Shown here piece by piece: positions 1 to 10,000 of a DNA stretch of 64,000 nucleotides. The translations under genes were made by a program, and so were the position numbers. The notes beneath the pieces were generated by a model. That model worked only from the letters and a program-made list of their open reading frames with translations. It did no database searches and had not been told where the DNA came from. The first letter of the stretch is position 1; every line of letters begins with the position of its first letter. Source of the stretch: a virus; IMG/VR virus record IMGVR_UViG_3300032323_001070, positions 16,763 through 80,762 of that record; one strand, written 5' to 3'.

Positions 1-2
1 TT

Positions 3-104
3 TTCTCAGATGAAAAAGTCGTATTAGACAACGGCGATCAGGTTCGTGCCACTGCCAGTGTGGCTAACCTATTAAGCATAACTGTGAGTACCTTACCAGT
101 ATGA
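3..104 (+). CDS. 3' end of a small virion-associated protein (partial), paralog-like to 2888..3217
   Basis: Frame 3 reads FSDEKVVLDNGDQVRATASVANLLSITVSTLPV*. The stop overlaps the next ATG (ATGA). Resembles the EKLIL...ISYVEIS end of 2888..3217. Confidence 0.6.
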   Translation, partial: FSDEKVVLDNGDQVRATASVANLLSITVSTLPV

Positions 105-604
105 GATATCTTAAAAATAAAACTCTATCTAAGTATAGTGCTAGTGACGATTCTCTATTCGTTAATCAATATGGTAGAGCGGTAATGGATCTCACAGGCG
201 GTCTTAGAATACCAAAAGGTACTACAGCCCAACGTCCCTTGCTCACAGGTGTAGATATGTCAGGTGGTGCCAACGGAATGATACGTTACAACACTACAAC
301 TAATTCTATAGAAGCATACGTAGCAGGAGTATGGGAAATTGTTAGAGCTCCGGGAGCTACAGCTATCACAAAACAAACACTAGGCCCTGGCAACGATTTA
401 CAAACCACATTTGGTCCGTTGGTACAAGAACCAAGTTCAGAAAATAACATAATAGTTTTAGTTGAAAACGTTATGCAGATATCTGATACCAACTATAATT
501 TGGCCTACAACTATCTAGGTGTACAAGGTGACACACGCATAGTGTTTACCAGTCCTGTACCAACAGACAAGTATATCACAATATTTTACGGATATTCTAA
601 CTAA
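101..604 (+). CDS. virion structural protein (fibre/baseplate-associated)
   Basis: 167-aa ORF with the IPKGTTAQRP...GMIRYNTTTNSIEAY motif shared with neighbouring fibre proteins. Confidence 0.65.
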   Translation: MRYLKNKTLSKYSASDDSLFVNQYGRAVMDLTGGLRIPKGTTAQRPLLTGVDMSGGANGMIRYNTTTNSIEAYVAGVWEIVRAPGATAITKQTLGPGNDLQTTFGPLVQEPSSENNIIVLVENVMQISDTNYNLAYNYLGVQGDTRIVFTSPVPTDKYITIFYGYSN

Positions 605-606
605 TC

Positions 607-1692
607 ATGTCACAACTGGGGCGAATTTCAGGACCGTTACTACTCAACAATCTGTTGAGAGATGGTACCGATTTATCTTTTAGAAATTTAGCGGTCAGCC
701 CTGACTTACTTAAATTAAAAGTCAACAACAACAGAGTTGGTATTAATACTGACAATCCGTCATTCGATCTTGATGTAGTCGGAACCACAAACCTCAGCGC
801 AGATCTGACGGCTACTGGAACTACAGCTAGATTTGAAAATATTATTTTTAACTCTAACGGTAGCGTTACAACAGTAACAGGACCTATTATCATCAACCCT
901 GCTGGTGGTGCAAATTCCTACATGGAATATCGTGGAAAGTCTAGAAGTGCGCAATTGGAATTTTTTGATAACAGAATTTCAAACACTATTTTAAATCAAA
1001 ATATCGAAGTACGTCCTAGCGGCACAGGCGACCTCGAAGTATATGCAAACACAAATGTCTATGGAAATTTAAACACCAGTGTTGACATTAGACTAGACGG
1101 AAATGTTAGAATTGACGGATCAGCGATTGTTATTGGTAATAATCCCTTAGACACTGTCGCATTTGTTCCTGATTTTACGCAAGACATCAATCCCGGAGTA
1201 ACCGGAACTTATAAACTAGGTGATACTGGGCTACGTTGGAAAGAAACTCACATCAACACAGCCAGCGGTTTTGTTAATACCAGCACAACTACCGCTATTA
1301 TCAGTGAACAGCTAAGAGCTACATCAAACATTATTTCTACAGATCAGTCAAACGATAACATCGTTCTAGCGGCAGATTCTGGAAATGTTACTATTGAAAG
1401 TTTTACGTTCAACGGCAACAGCATTTCTGCTCCTTTAAATACCATTTTAAACTTCACAGGCACTGGAAGAGGATATGTAAGATTTGAAGGTACGAACGGA
1501 TTTAGAGTTCCCTACGGTACCAGAGATCAACGTACTCCTTACGAAGCTGGAGCTACCCGTTGGAATTCTGACGATGATTGGTTAGAGTGTTTTGACGGCA
1601 CAGTTTGGCAAGTGTCCACAGGTGGCGGTAAAACTATTTCTGTAGCGGAAATGGAAGAGACTGTTAACATATTCAACCTCATCCTGGCATAA
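607..1692 (+). CDS. tail fibre/baseplate-associated structural protein
   Basis: 361 aa. GRISGPLL N-terminus, RVGINT motif, beta-rich repeats, VPYGTRDQR..RWN motif. Paralog of 1823..2875. Confidence 0.7.
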   Translation: MSQLGRISGPLLLNNLLRDGTDLSFRNLAVSPDLLKLKVNNNRVGINTDNPSFDLDVVGTTNLSADLTATGTTARFENIIFNSNGSVTTVTGPIIINPAGGANSYMEYRGKSRSAQLEFFDNRISNTILNQNIEVRPSGTGDLEVYANTNVYGNLNTSVDIRLDGNVRIDGSAIVIGNNPLDTVAFVPDFTQDINPGVTGTYKLGDTGLRWKETHINTASGFVNTSTTTAIISEQLRATSNIISTDQSNDNIVLAADSGNVTIESFTFNGNSISAPLNTILNFTGTGRGYVRFEGTNGFRVPYGTRDQRTPYEAGATRWNSDDDWLECFDGTVWQVSTGGGKTISVAEMEETVNIFNLILA

Positions 1693-1706
1693 AATCCAAA
1701 AAAAGA

Positions 1707-1712
1707 TAAATA
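1707..1712 (+). promoter_or_regulatory. T4-type late promoter core TAAATA
   Basis: GATAAATA in an intergenic region; the same motif recurs before most structural genes. Confidence 0.65.
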
Positions 1713-1717
1713 TCATT

Positions 1718-1896
1718 AACAGAGGCAGATCAACCTTTGTTCTATTCCTGTGGTAAACCAGCATAGAGCCCCTGGGCTGAAAATTCGGTTAACGGTGAAA
1801 CACCGGGTATTAAGGAGAGCTCATGGCTATTGGTCGCATTTCGGGGCCGCTCTTAAAGGCGAATCTCGTCCGTGACGGGGTAGATCTGGCCTTTGA
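1718..1896 (+). ncRNA. putative structured cis-regulatory RNA leader extending into the CDS
   Basis: Consecutive hairpins at 1718-1741, 1742-1766, 1767-1778 and 1793-1805; SD pairing 1815-1820/1849-1854; further stem 1853-1896. Confidence 0.45.
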
Positions 1897-2875
1897 GACC
1901 GACCTACTATACTTAGATGTCAATAACTCCAGAATAGGAATTAATTCTGCTGCTCCTCAATACGCACTAGATGTAGTTGGTACTACAAGAACCACAGACC
2001 TTAGAGTCGACAATCAATTTGATATCGGTAATTTCACGATTACTGGTAACACAATCAGCAGTGATCTAAACACAATAAATTTACAACCTTCCGGCGACGA
2101 GCCTGTAATCTATCATTCTAGATTACAGATCGACGATATTAATTTCCAAGCCAATGTAATTTCTACACTATCTTCTAACGTAGATTTAGAAATTAGAACC
2201 AGTGGAACTGGAGACTTGGATGTATATGCTGATACTAACATCTACGGCAGTTTATATGTAACTGGCAACATACAAGCCGGCGGCAACTTAACTATCGGCG
2301 GGGACATTACCATTGGTGATTCACCAACAGACAGCGTAGTGATCAATGCTAGGATTAACAGTGACCTAATACCCGAAACAGACAATACCTATAGTTTAGG
2401 TAATTCATCTTTCCGTTGGGCTAGCCTAACAACTAACAATTTATTTGCCACTACTTTAAATTTACAAACATTAACAGTAGGTAACATTTCGTTATCTAAC
2501 TCAACTATTACTACTACAAGTAATACAGATTTAATTTTAGATCCAAACGGCACAGGGGTTGTTAGAACAGGCAATTTCACTATCGGAACCAACACAATTA
2601 GAAATACAGTGTCGGGTGCTATCACTTTGTTCGAAGCAAGTGGTACAGGCTATTTTAAAATCACAGGAACTAATGCCTTTGTTCCTCCGAAGGGTGGTAG
2701 CGGTACTCGTCCTACTCTATACGCAGAAGAAGGCATGACAAGATACAATACAGATTCTAAGGCATTAGAAATCTGGAACGGAACACAATGGGCTAGCCCT
2801 GCTGGTACTTCTGGAGCGGTCAGTGAAACACAAGCAGAAGATATCGCGGCAAGATTCTCATTAATATTAGGATAA
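1823..2875 (+). CDS. tail fibre/baseplate-associated structural protein
   Basis: 350 aa, SD AAGGAG, MAIGRISGPLL start, paralog of 607..1692. Confidence 0.75.
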   Translation: MAIGRISGPLLKANLVRDGVDLAFETDLLYLDVNNSRIGINSAAPQYALDVVGTTRTTDLRVDNQFDIGNFTITGNTISSDLNTINLQPSGDEPVIYHSRLQIDDINFQANVISTLSSNVDLEIRTSGTGDLDVYADTNIYGSLYVTGNIQAGGNLTIGGDITIGDSPTDSVVINARINSDLIPETDNTYSLGNSSFRWASLTTNNLFATTLNLQTLTVGNISLSNSTITTTSNTDLILDPNGTGVVRTGNFTIGTNTIRNTVSGAITLFEASGTGYFKITGTNAFVPPKGGSGTRPTLYAEEGMTRYNTDSKALEIWNGTQWASPAGTSGAVSETQAEDIAARFSLILG

Positions 2876-2887
2876 GGGGTATAGAAA

Positions 2888-3217
2888 ATGCCAACCGTAT
2901 TTAAACATGCAGTAACTACAGACATTGGAACAGTTCCTATCGATGTATTGCAGATCGATGAAGGAGTCAAGTCCACAGTGATTGGATGTAACTTAGCCAA
3001 CACCACAGACGATGACGTGATCGTAGATGTATTTGTAGTTGATGAAAATTCAACACAGGCATATTACGTTAGAGGTTTAATGATTCCTCCGTATAATGCT
3101 GCTAAGATCATTACAAACAGTGAAAAACTAATATTACCAGCAACTGCGGGTTTAAGAATAGTCAGCGATACCGAAAACAGTGTTGACGCTACCATAAGTT
3201 ATGTTGAGATATCATAA
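2888..3217 (+). CDS. small virion structural protein
   Basis: 109-aa beta-rich ORF in the structural operon, SD present. Confidence 0.65.
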   Translation: MPTVFKHAVTTDIGTVPIDVLQIDEGVKSTVIGCNLANTTDDDVIVDVFVVDENSTQAYYVRGLMIPPYNAAKIITNSEKLILPATAGLRIVSDTENSVDATISYVEIS

Positions 3218-3228
3218 GGAGACGTGCT

Positions 3229-3588
3229 ATGAGTAACTATTTTTTAGGAAGATCTCCAGAAGAATTAATCGGTAATAATTTCAAATATTTCTACGCTCTA
3301 AGAAGAAATGACGAAGGCGATATTTGGTTTGCTAGAGTTAACATGTTGAGCAGAGAGGATTCTGTAACTATCAATAATCCCGGAACTGCTGAAGATAATT
3401 TTGATGGTTTCGAAGCTGGAGTGGATTTCTTTGACGGAAGAGATGCAGATACCAGAGAATTAGAATATCCAAATTTGAAGTACGAACAGTATAGATGGGA
3501 TGATACCAGCATCTATTACTATATCGATGATGACGGTCAGCTGGTAGCAAGAACGCATACAAAGTACGCTTATCCGAGCGGACTATAA
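3229..3588 (+). CDS. hypothetical (probable virion) protein
   Basis: 119 aa, SD AAGGAG, operonic. Confidence 0.65.
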   Translation: MSNYFLGRSPEELIGNNFKYFYALRRNDEGDIWFARVNMLSREDSVTINNPGTAEDNFDGFEAGVDFFDGRDADTRELEYPNLKYEQYRWDDTSIYYYIDDDGQLVARTHTKYAYPSGL

Positions 3589-3601
3589 CTGTAAGATGTA
3601 A

Positions 3602-3607
3602 TAAATA
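3602..3607 (+). promoter_or_regulatory. late promoter TAAATA
   Basis: ATAAATA upstream of the SD-led gene at 3634. Confidence 0.6.
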
Positions 3608-3633
3608 CATATAATTGATATTTGGAGCTATAA

Positions 3634-6600
3634 ATGGCTGAGTTTAAACTAGGTAGAATTAAATTTGTATGGAAAGGTGCATGGGCAGCGAGTACAACAT
3701 TCGTCAAAGATGACGTCGTAAGATATGGCGGTAAGTCATATGTTTGCGTAGAGGGACACACCTCAGGAATCGCCGCTGGCGGCTTCGAAACTGCTCTAAC
3801 AGCAGGAAGATGGAGCTTAATGACCGACGGTCAAGCATGGAATAGTAATTGGGCCACTGGCACATACTACAAAGTCAATGACGTTGTGAGATATGGCGGA
3901 CGATCATATATTGCTAACACATCGCACACATCTGCTGCTACATCAACACTGGGTCTTGAAAACGACCAATCTAAATGGGACATTTTCAATGACGGTATTG
4001 CATACGCTGGTACTTGGTCATTCCCAACACGATTTAAAGTAAACGATGTTGTGGCCTACGGTGGACAGCTTTACATTTGTACTACACATCATACCAGTTC
4101 TTCAGTATTCGCAACTGGGAATTTCGCAGTGTTTGCAACTGGTTTACAATTTGAAGGCATATATGACAACGCAACAAGCTATCAGCCAGGCGATGTTGTT
4201 GTCTACGGCGCAAACAGCTATGTAGCGATCCAAACAACTGTAGGTAATTTACCAACCAATCCTAGTTTTTGGTCAGCAGTAACACAGGGTGTACAATATA
4301 GATCAACTTACAGCGGTGCAACAGCCTATAGAAAAGGCGATATTGTAGCCTATGGTGGATATACCTATGCAGCCAAACAAGACACCACTGGCAATGCTCC
4401 TACCGACGCTGCAAATTGGGATCTATTAAACAAAGGTTATACATTAATCGGTGCTTACAGCGGCGCCACAGCATACAAGCCAGGTGAATTAGTCACTTAT
4501 GGTGGTAATGTCTACGCTGCAAAAACAGACACTACAGGAAATTTACCAACCAGCACAGCACAATGGGATGTATTCACCAAAGGCCTTAACTGGTTAGGAA
4601 CATACAGTGCAGGTACAGCATATGCCCCAGGCGATGTTGTAAAATACGGAGCAAGAATATTCGTTAATATCCAAGCTGGCACAGGAAATCTTCCAACTAA
4701 CGTCAGCTTCTGGAACGTGCTTAACGACGGTGTTCGCTCTGCAGGTACTTACGCAGACGCCACAGAATATCTAGTAGGCGATATCGTACGCTATGGCGGT
4801 AGAAGTTATATCTGTATTCTAGGCCATACATCAAACAATGCAACTAACATAGAACCTCCAAATGCCACATACTGGCAGCTACTAGCAGCAGGTATGAATT
4901 GGAGAGGCAACTACAGTGCTGTTACAGAATATGAATTAGATGATGTTGTTAACTATGCAGGTAGTTCTTGGATCAGTATCGACAACGATAACACAGGAAA
5001 TCAACCAGATGCTTCACCTTTAAGATGGGCATTGGTAGCACAGACTGGTAACTTATCACCAATCCTAACTACCACAGGTGATACTTTCCGTTACGGTGCA
5101 TCAGCAGTTGAAAGATTGCCGGTTGGACAAGAAGGACAAATTCTTGTTGTAAACAACAATTTACCTCGTTGGGAAGATAACAACGAAACTAGAAACGTTT
5201 ATTATGTTACACCAGAAGGCAGCAACTCTAATGATGGTTTATCATATAACAGAGCATTTGCTTCAGTTAGATATGCCTGCACACAGGTAAGAGGTGCTAA
5301 CTTTACCGGCTCTATCAGCGGCACTACTTTAACTGTAACACTGGTAACATTAGGAACATTATCAGTAGGACAGGTAGTCTACGGTACAGGTATAGCACCT
5401 GTGAGAATTGCTTCTTTTGCTAGTGGTTCTGGTTTGACAGGAACATACAATTTAGATTCTGCAAGAACATTTTCAAGCGGCTCACTAAGATCAGCAAGAC
5501 CTGCTACAATCTATATCAAGGCAGGAACATACACCGAAACATTGCCTATCGTTGTACCAGAAAGCGTACATATCATTGGTGACGGACAGAGGAATACCAC
5601 AGTCCAACCAGCCAGCGGTGTTAGTGCTGACGGTTCAACTTTAAATACTCGTTCAACAATGTTCTTGATGAGTGATGCCAGCATGTTATCAGGTATATGC
5701 ATGATAGGCATGACTGGTTTTGCGATCGGTGCAAGCCCAAGCAATATCACAACATCAACTGTTGGTGGAGTATTTGTGGCATTTAACCCTGACAGTCCAA
5801 TATTAACTAAGAGCCCTTACATTACAGATTGTTCAGCTTTCTCATCAGGCGGCACTGGTGCTGTAGTTGATGGTTCATTACACTCAACTGGAAATAAATC
5901 AATGCTGTTCCATGCATTTACAAACATCAACGACAACGGTGTAGGTTTCTGGGTATCAAATGCAGGTAGAGCAGAAATTGTTTCTTGCTTTACATACTAC
6001 TGCGCATTTGGTTATGCAGCATCAGAAGGCGGTCAGATCCGTGCGTTGAATGGTAACTGCTCATACGGGGAGTATGGTGCAGCCAGCGTGGGTTTTGATC
6101 CTTCAGAAACCCCAGTAACTGCGGCGTTGTATGGTCAAGAACTTAACTATCTAATTGAAAATGGCGAGTTCGTTAGCAGCGAGATTATCACTGGACAAAG
6201 CTCAGGTGCAACAGCACGAGTATTAATCAATCAACCTTCTGCTAATAAACTGTACTTTAAACAAGTTACTGGGTCGTTTACATCTGGTGAAGTTATTACC
6301 GGCGGCAGCGGAGCAAGAGCTACGGTTAATGCGGGCATTGGAGTAGCTGGACAGAAAGGATTTATTTTAGTAGTTGACGGACTAACAGAGGAACCAAGAG
6401 CAGGTGGATCTATCACTATCGCAGGTGATGCAGTGTCATACGTTATCCAATCTGTGTCTGAGTATACTGCTGTTCCTGCAACTTATAAACCAGCAGGTTT
6501 CGCGATCATTGTGTTAACTAACGAAAAAGGAACTAGTTCGGCAGAAGACGCAGCAACTACTATCAGATACAAATATAGTAAAGTACGCTTAACAGGACAC

Positions 6601-7017
6601 GATTTCTTAAGTATCGGAACCGGAGGCATAGCTACAACTAATCATCCAAACGATCCGATCCAAGCTCCGTCGCAGGCTGACGAGGTTATTGAATTGTTCC
6701 CCGGACGTGTATTCTATGTATCAACAGACCAAGACGGTAACTTCCGTGTTGGCGAATATTTCCGAGTTGACCAAGCAACAGGTACTGCTACTTTGAATGC
6801 TAATGCGTTTAACTTGGCAGGTTTGAGTTCGTTACGATTGGGTTCGATCGGTGCTCAATTAGGAGCAACGATTAACGAATTCTCAACAGATGAAACATTA
6901 AGCGGAGCGTCTAACACCGCAGTTCCGACAGAATTTGCAGTTAAGACATATGTAGACAACAAGAGTAGTGAAACATACTTGCTGAATCTTGCAACGTCAG
7001 TGGCATTCGGCGCATAA
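3634..7017 (+). CDS. large virion protein with tandem CBM5/12-like repeats and a pectin-lyase-like beta-helix region
   Basis: About 9 repeats of (W/Y)xxxTxYxxGDxVxYGGxxY, followed by a YYVTPEGSNSNDG..TIYIKAGTY beta-helix signature. Confidence 0.75.
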   Translation: MAEFKLGRIKFVWKGAWAASTTFVKDDVVRYGGKSYVCVEGHTSGIAAGGFETALTAGRWSLMTDGQAWNSNWATGTYYKVNDVVRYGGRSYIANTSHTSAATSTLGLENDQSKWDIFNDGIAYAGTWSFPTRFKVNDVVAYGGQLYICTTHHTSSSVFATGNFAVFATGLQFEGIYDNATSYQPGDVVVYGANSYVAIQTTVGNLPTNPSFWSAVTQGVQYRSTYSGATAYRKGDIVAYGGYTYAAKQDTTGNAPTDAANWDLLNKGYTLIGAYSGATAYKPGELVTYGGNVYAAKTDTTGNLPTSTAQWDVFTKGLNWLGTYSAGTAYAPGDVVKYGARIFVNIQAGTGNLPTNVSFWNVLNDGVRSAGTYADATEYLVGDIVRYGGRSYICILGHTSNNATNIEPPNATYWQLLAAGMNWRGNYSAVTEYELDDVVNYAGSSWISIDNDNTGNQPDASPLRWALVAQTGNLSPILTTTGDTFRYGASAVERLPVGQEGQILVVNNNLPRWEDNNETRNVYYVTPEGSNSNDGLSYNRAFASVRYACTQVRGANFTGSISGTTLTVTLVTLGTLSVGQVVYGTGIAPVRIASFASGSGLTGTYNLDSARTFSSGSLRSARPATIYIKAGTYTETLPIVVPESVHIIGDGQRNTTVQPASGVSADGSTLNTRSTMFLMSDASMLSGICMIGMTGFAIGASPSNITTSTVGGVFVAFNPDSPILTKSPYITDCSAFSSGGTGAVVDGSLHSTGNKSMLFHAFTNINDNGVGFWVSNAGRAEIVSCFTYYCAFGYAASEGGQIRALNGNCSYGEYGAASVGFDPSETPVTAALYGQELNYLIENGEFVSSEIITGQSSGATARVLINQPSANKLYFKQVTGSFTSGEVITGGSGARATVNAGIGVAGQKGFILVVDGLTEEPRAGGSITIAGDAVSYVIQSVSEYTAVPATYKPAGFAIIVLTNEKGTSSAEDAATTIRYKYSKVRLTGHDFLSIGTGGIATTNHPNDPIQAPSQADEVIELFPGRVFYVSTDQDGNFRVGEYFRVDQATGTATLNANAFNLAGLSSLRLGSIGAQLGATINEFSTDETLSGASNTAVPTEFAVKTYVDNKSSETYLLNLATSVAFGA

Positions 7018-7020
7018 ATA
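7015..7020 (+). promoter_or_regulatory. late promoter TAAATA
   Basis: Overlaps the stop of the previous gene, upstream of the SD-led gene at 7043. Confidence 0.6.
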
Positions 7021-7042
7021 AGGACTATAGAGGAAAAATAAG

Positions 7043-10000
7043 ATGGCAAAAGCACTCGCATTTAATTACACATTCAATCCAGCAGCCGATTCGGTGACGA
7101 TTGATGGCAACATATCGATCAAACGTGTGTTGCTGATAACCAATGTTACAGATAACATTGTTATCCAAAATTTTGCAGATCCTGCAAAGAAAATTTTAAG
7201 TCGCAGCTATGATCAGGATGCCGACGAAACTACATTCGTATTACAATACGACTGTGCTTCGATGAGCGCCAGCGACAACTTACAAATTTTCTACGAAACT
7301 GATACGATCAGATTCCAACCAGACGAAACATTTATTGACCCTGTGTCAAAAATGCGTGTATCTCAGCCAAATACGTTGATTGATACAGACTTTGAATATG
7401 GTCTACAAGCTACTAAATGGGAAACTTTAGAGCGTTTAAATCAAGTGCCAGCTTTCCACTCTGTAACAGGCGATACTCCTCTAACAAACATTTTAGATGT
7501 TACAGTCAGTGGTACTAACATTGTATCTGTAACAACTTCTAGTCCCCATGGTTTAACTGTAGGATTTCCGATTGACGTGCGAGGCGTTGACAGTCCTACA
7601 GCCGAAGGTACATTTATCGTTAAAAGAACTGGCGATACTACATTTACCTACGAAGCAAGAGCAGTTCAAGCAGGTACAGCAACAGCCCCAGTGAGTATTT
7701 TAACTTCATATGTGAATATTACTCCTGGTCGATTCTATGTAGGTTCTCAAATTCCTCTAGATGACAGTGTTTCAAATACCACAGGACCGATCGTAACTAA
7801 CGCAGCTAGCCCAAGTACGCTAACTGTTAAGACCAACTATACTCACGGTATGGCTGTAAGTTCTACTTACTATCTAGTCAATACCCTAAGTAACTCAAAT
7901 ACAAGCTTCAGTGCTCTCAGCGTTAGTGCTGGCGGTGACGTTGAAGATCGTTCAGCGATCAGCTTATCGACTGGTAACTTCAGCATGTACGAACCATTCC
8001 ACGATGGTACTAGACGTTTTGATATTTCAGACTCTGCTGTTGACACTATCAACGAAACACTGACAATTCCAAATCACGGTATGCTCACAGGCGATATGAT
8101 CGCATATGTAGGCGTTAGTTCTGGCGGCGCATCACCTCAGGTAGCTTCAGTGGTTGGCGGTAGTTATCCGATTTCAGCAGGTAACTTGCCTGCATGGGCA
8201 GCAGGCACAGGTGCAGACGGCAAAATGCTATATGTGGTAAAAATCAACAACAACACCATTAGACTAGCTACCAACCCAAGAGATGCATATAATCAAACCA
8301 ACTTAATTGGATTCACTGGAACAGGTTCTGGCACATTAACATTTGCACACTTTATACGTGGAACCGATGTTGAAGAATATATCAGCACTATCACAGCCGC
8401 ATCAGGTAGTTCTGAATTAGTGGTTACACTAGTATCTGGGTTTACCAATGACATGTTAAAGATTGTTCCAGAACAACAGTTTACAATCGCTGAATCAGCA
8501 GTATCAGGATTGAACGGTGTTTATTATGTTAAAACCTCAGGTTGGGATAAAGATGCTTCGACATTTACTATAATTGGCCCAACAAATTCCTCGGCTGCGC
8601 TAGCAGCTCAGGGCGCATCACAGACCTATACCATGGTCGACACTGGCGGAAACAACACAACATCGTTTGATAGATACAATTTTTTATTAAACACAGGCAT
8701 GAGAATCATCGTACACAATGGTCCAACGATAAACCACATGCGAGTATCGATGCACGATTGGAAATCTACCACAGCTAAGTTCTTTACTAGAGAAGCTATC
8801 CAGTCTGACCAGATCTTCATTAAAAATCACGGTTTAACTGTAGGACAACCGCTGATGTTGATTCTAGGTGGTAATACATTGTCCGGCGGCACGGCCACAG
8901 ACACTACAGTTTATTTCACGAATGTGATCAACAACGACACAATCCAGATAATGACCACAGAAACCGGCTCAGCAGGTGCAACTGGTCCTTATTCTCCAAC
9001 TGTCGGTGTTACCGCAGCAACATTTGGTACACTAACTGCTGCTACATCTTTAGCGGGCGGTATTTATTCGTTACACCCAGGATTCCAAATCGCTAACTTC
9101 ACTGCGCAAGGTACATCGGGTGGTAACGGTACTGGCCGTGACAGAGCTATTGGTAAGTTTACCACTGGCCCAGGATACTTATACGAAGGTGTTCCTATAG
9201 TTATCAAGACTGCCGCTGGCGCTACACAACCAGCACCGCTCACAGCCACAGTTGATACATATACCGCATATCAAAAATACTATGTAAGAACTGTTCTTTC
9301 TGCAGATAACAGATTAGAATTTTCATTGGGGTTACAAGAAAGTGCTGGTCCACTGATTGATTTTTCCGGCGCAACCACTGTGGGCTCAGGTTTCTTTGGA
9401 TTTAGAATCGATGAAAACATATACGCGAACTCGTTCTATCTAAAAAATCACGGCGGTCTTACTACAACGCAGACAGTCGGAACCACAGGTAGTCAGGGTA
9501 CATATCCGGCAGGTATCGGATTCCCAGGACCATTGTTTGATAGAATTGTTGATCCGGGTACAGGCTACGATGGATTACCAAGAGTTAGAACTACACTAAC
9601 CCAGGCGACTCCTATCGCTGGTCTAACAACTGCAACAGTTTATAACATGGTGCCAATCACCAACGATATCTGGAAGGTTATGGCTTGGTCAGATACAGCT
9701 CTACCAACTGGACAACCTACAGTACAATTTACCAACATAGCCAGCAGAACATCGACTGTGGTTTTTGCTAACTCTGCTGTGGTTAATTTGAATGCTAACA
9801 GAATTGTTATTCCGTCACAGAGACTAGGCCAACTTACAGAAAATTCTGTTGTTCGATACAGAGCACAAGGTAACTTAAACATTCCTAGTTCATACACAGG
9901 ATGGCCTGGCTTGATCGACAACAATCAATATATCGTAAGAAACGTTGTATCTAGTGCGTTCTTTGAAGTAGGTTTATTTACAACTCAGTCTTATGCAGCC

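Noticed and set aside
1750-1805. Hammerhead ribozyme (CTGAAAA...GAAAC) or c-di-GMP-I riboswitch (GGTAAACC) in the structured leader
   Set aside because: The hammerhead core needs CUGAnGA and a stem II, which are absent. The downstream GNRA/receptor and GCAAAG elements of c-di-GMP-I are missing.
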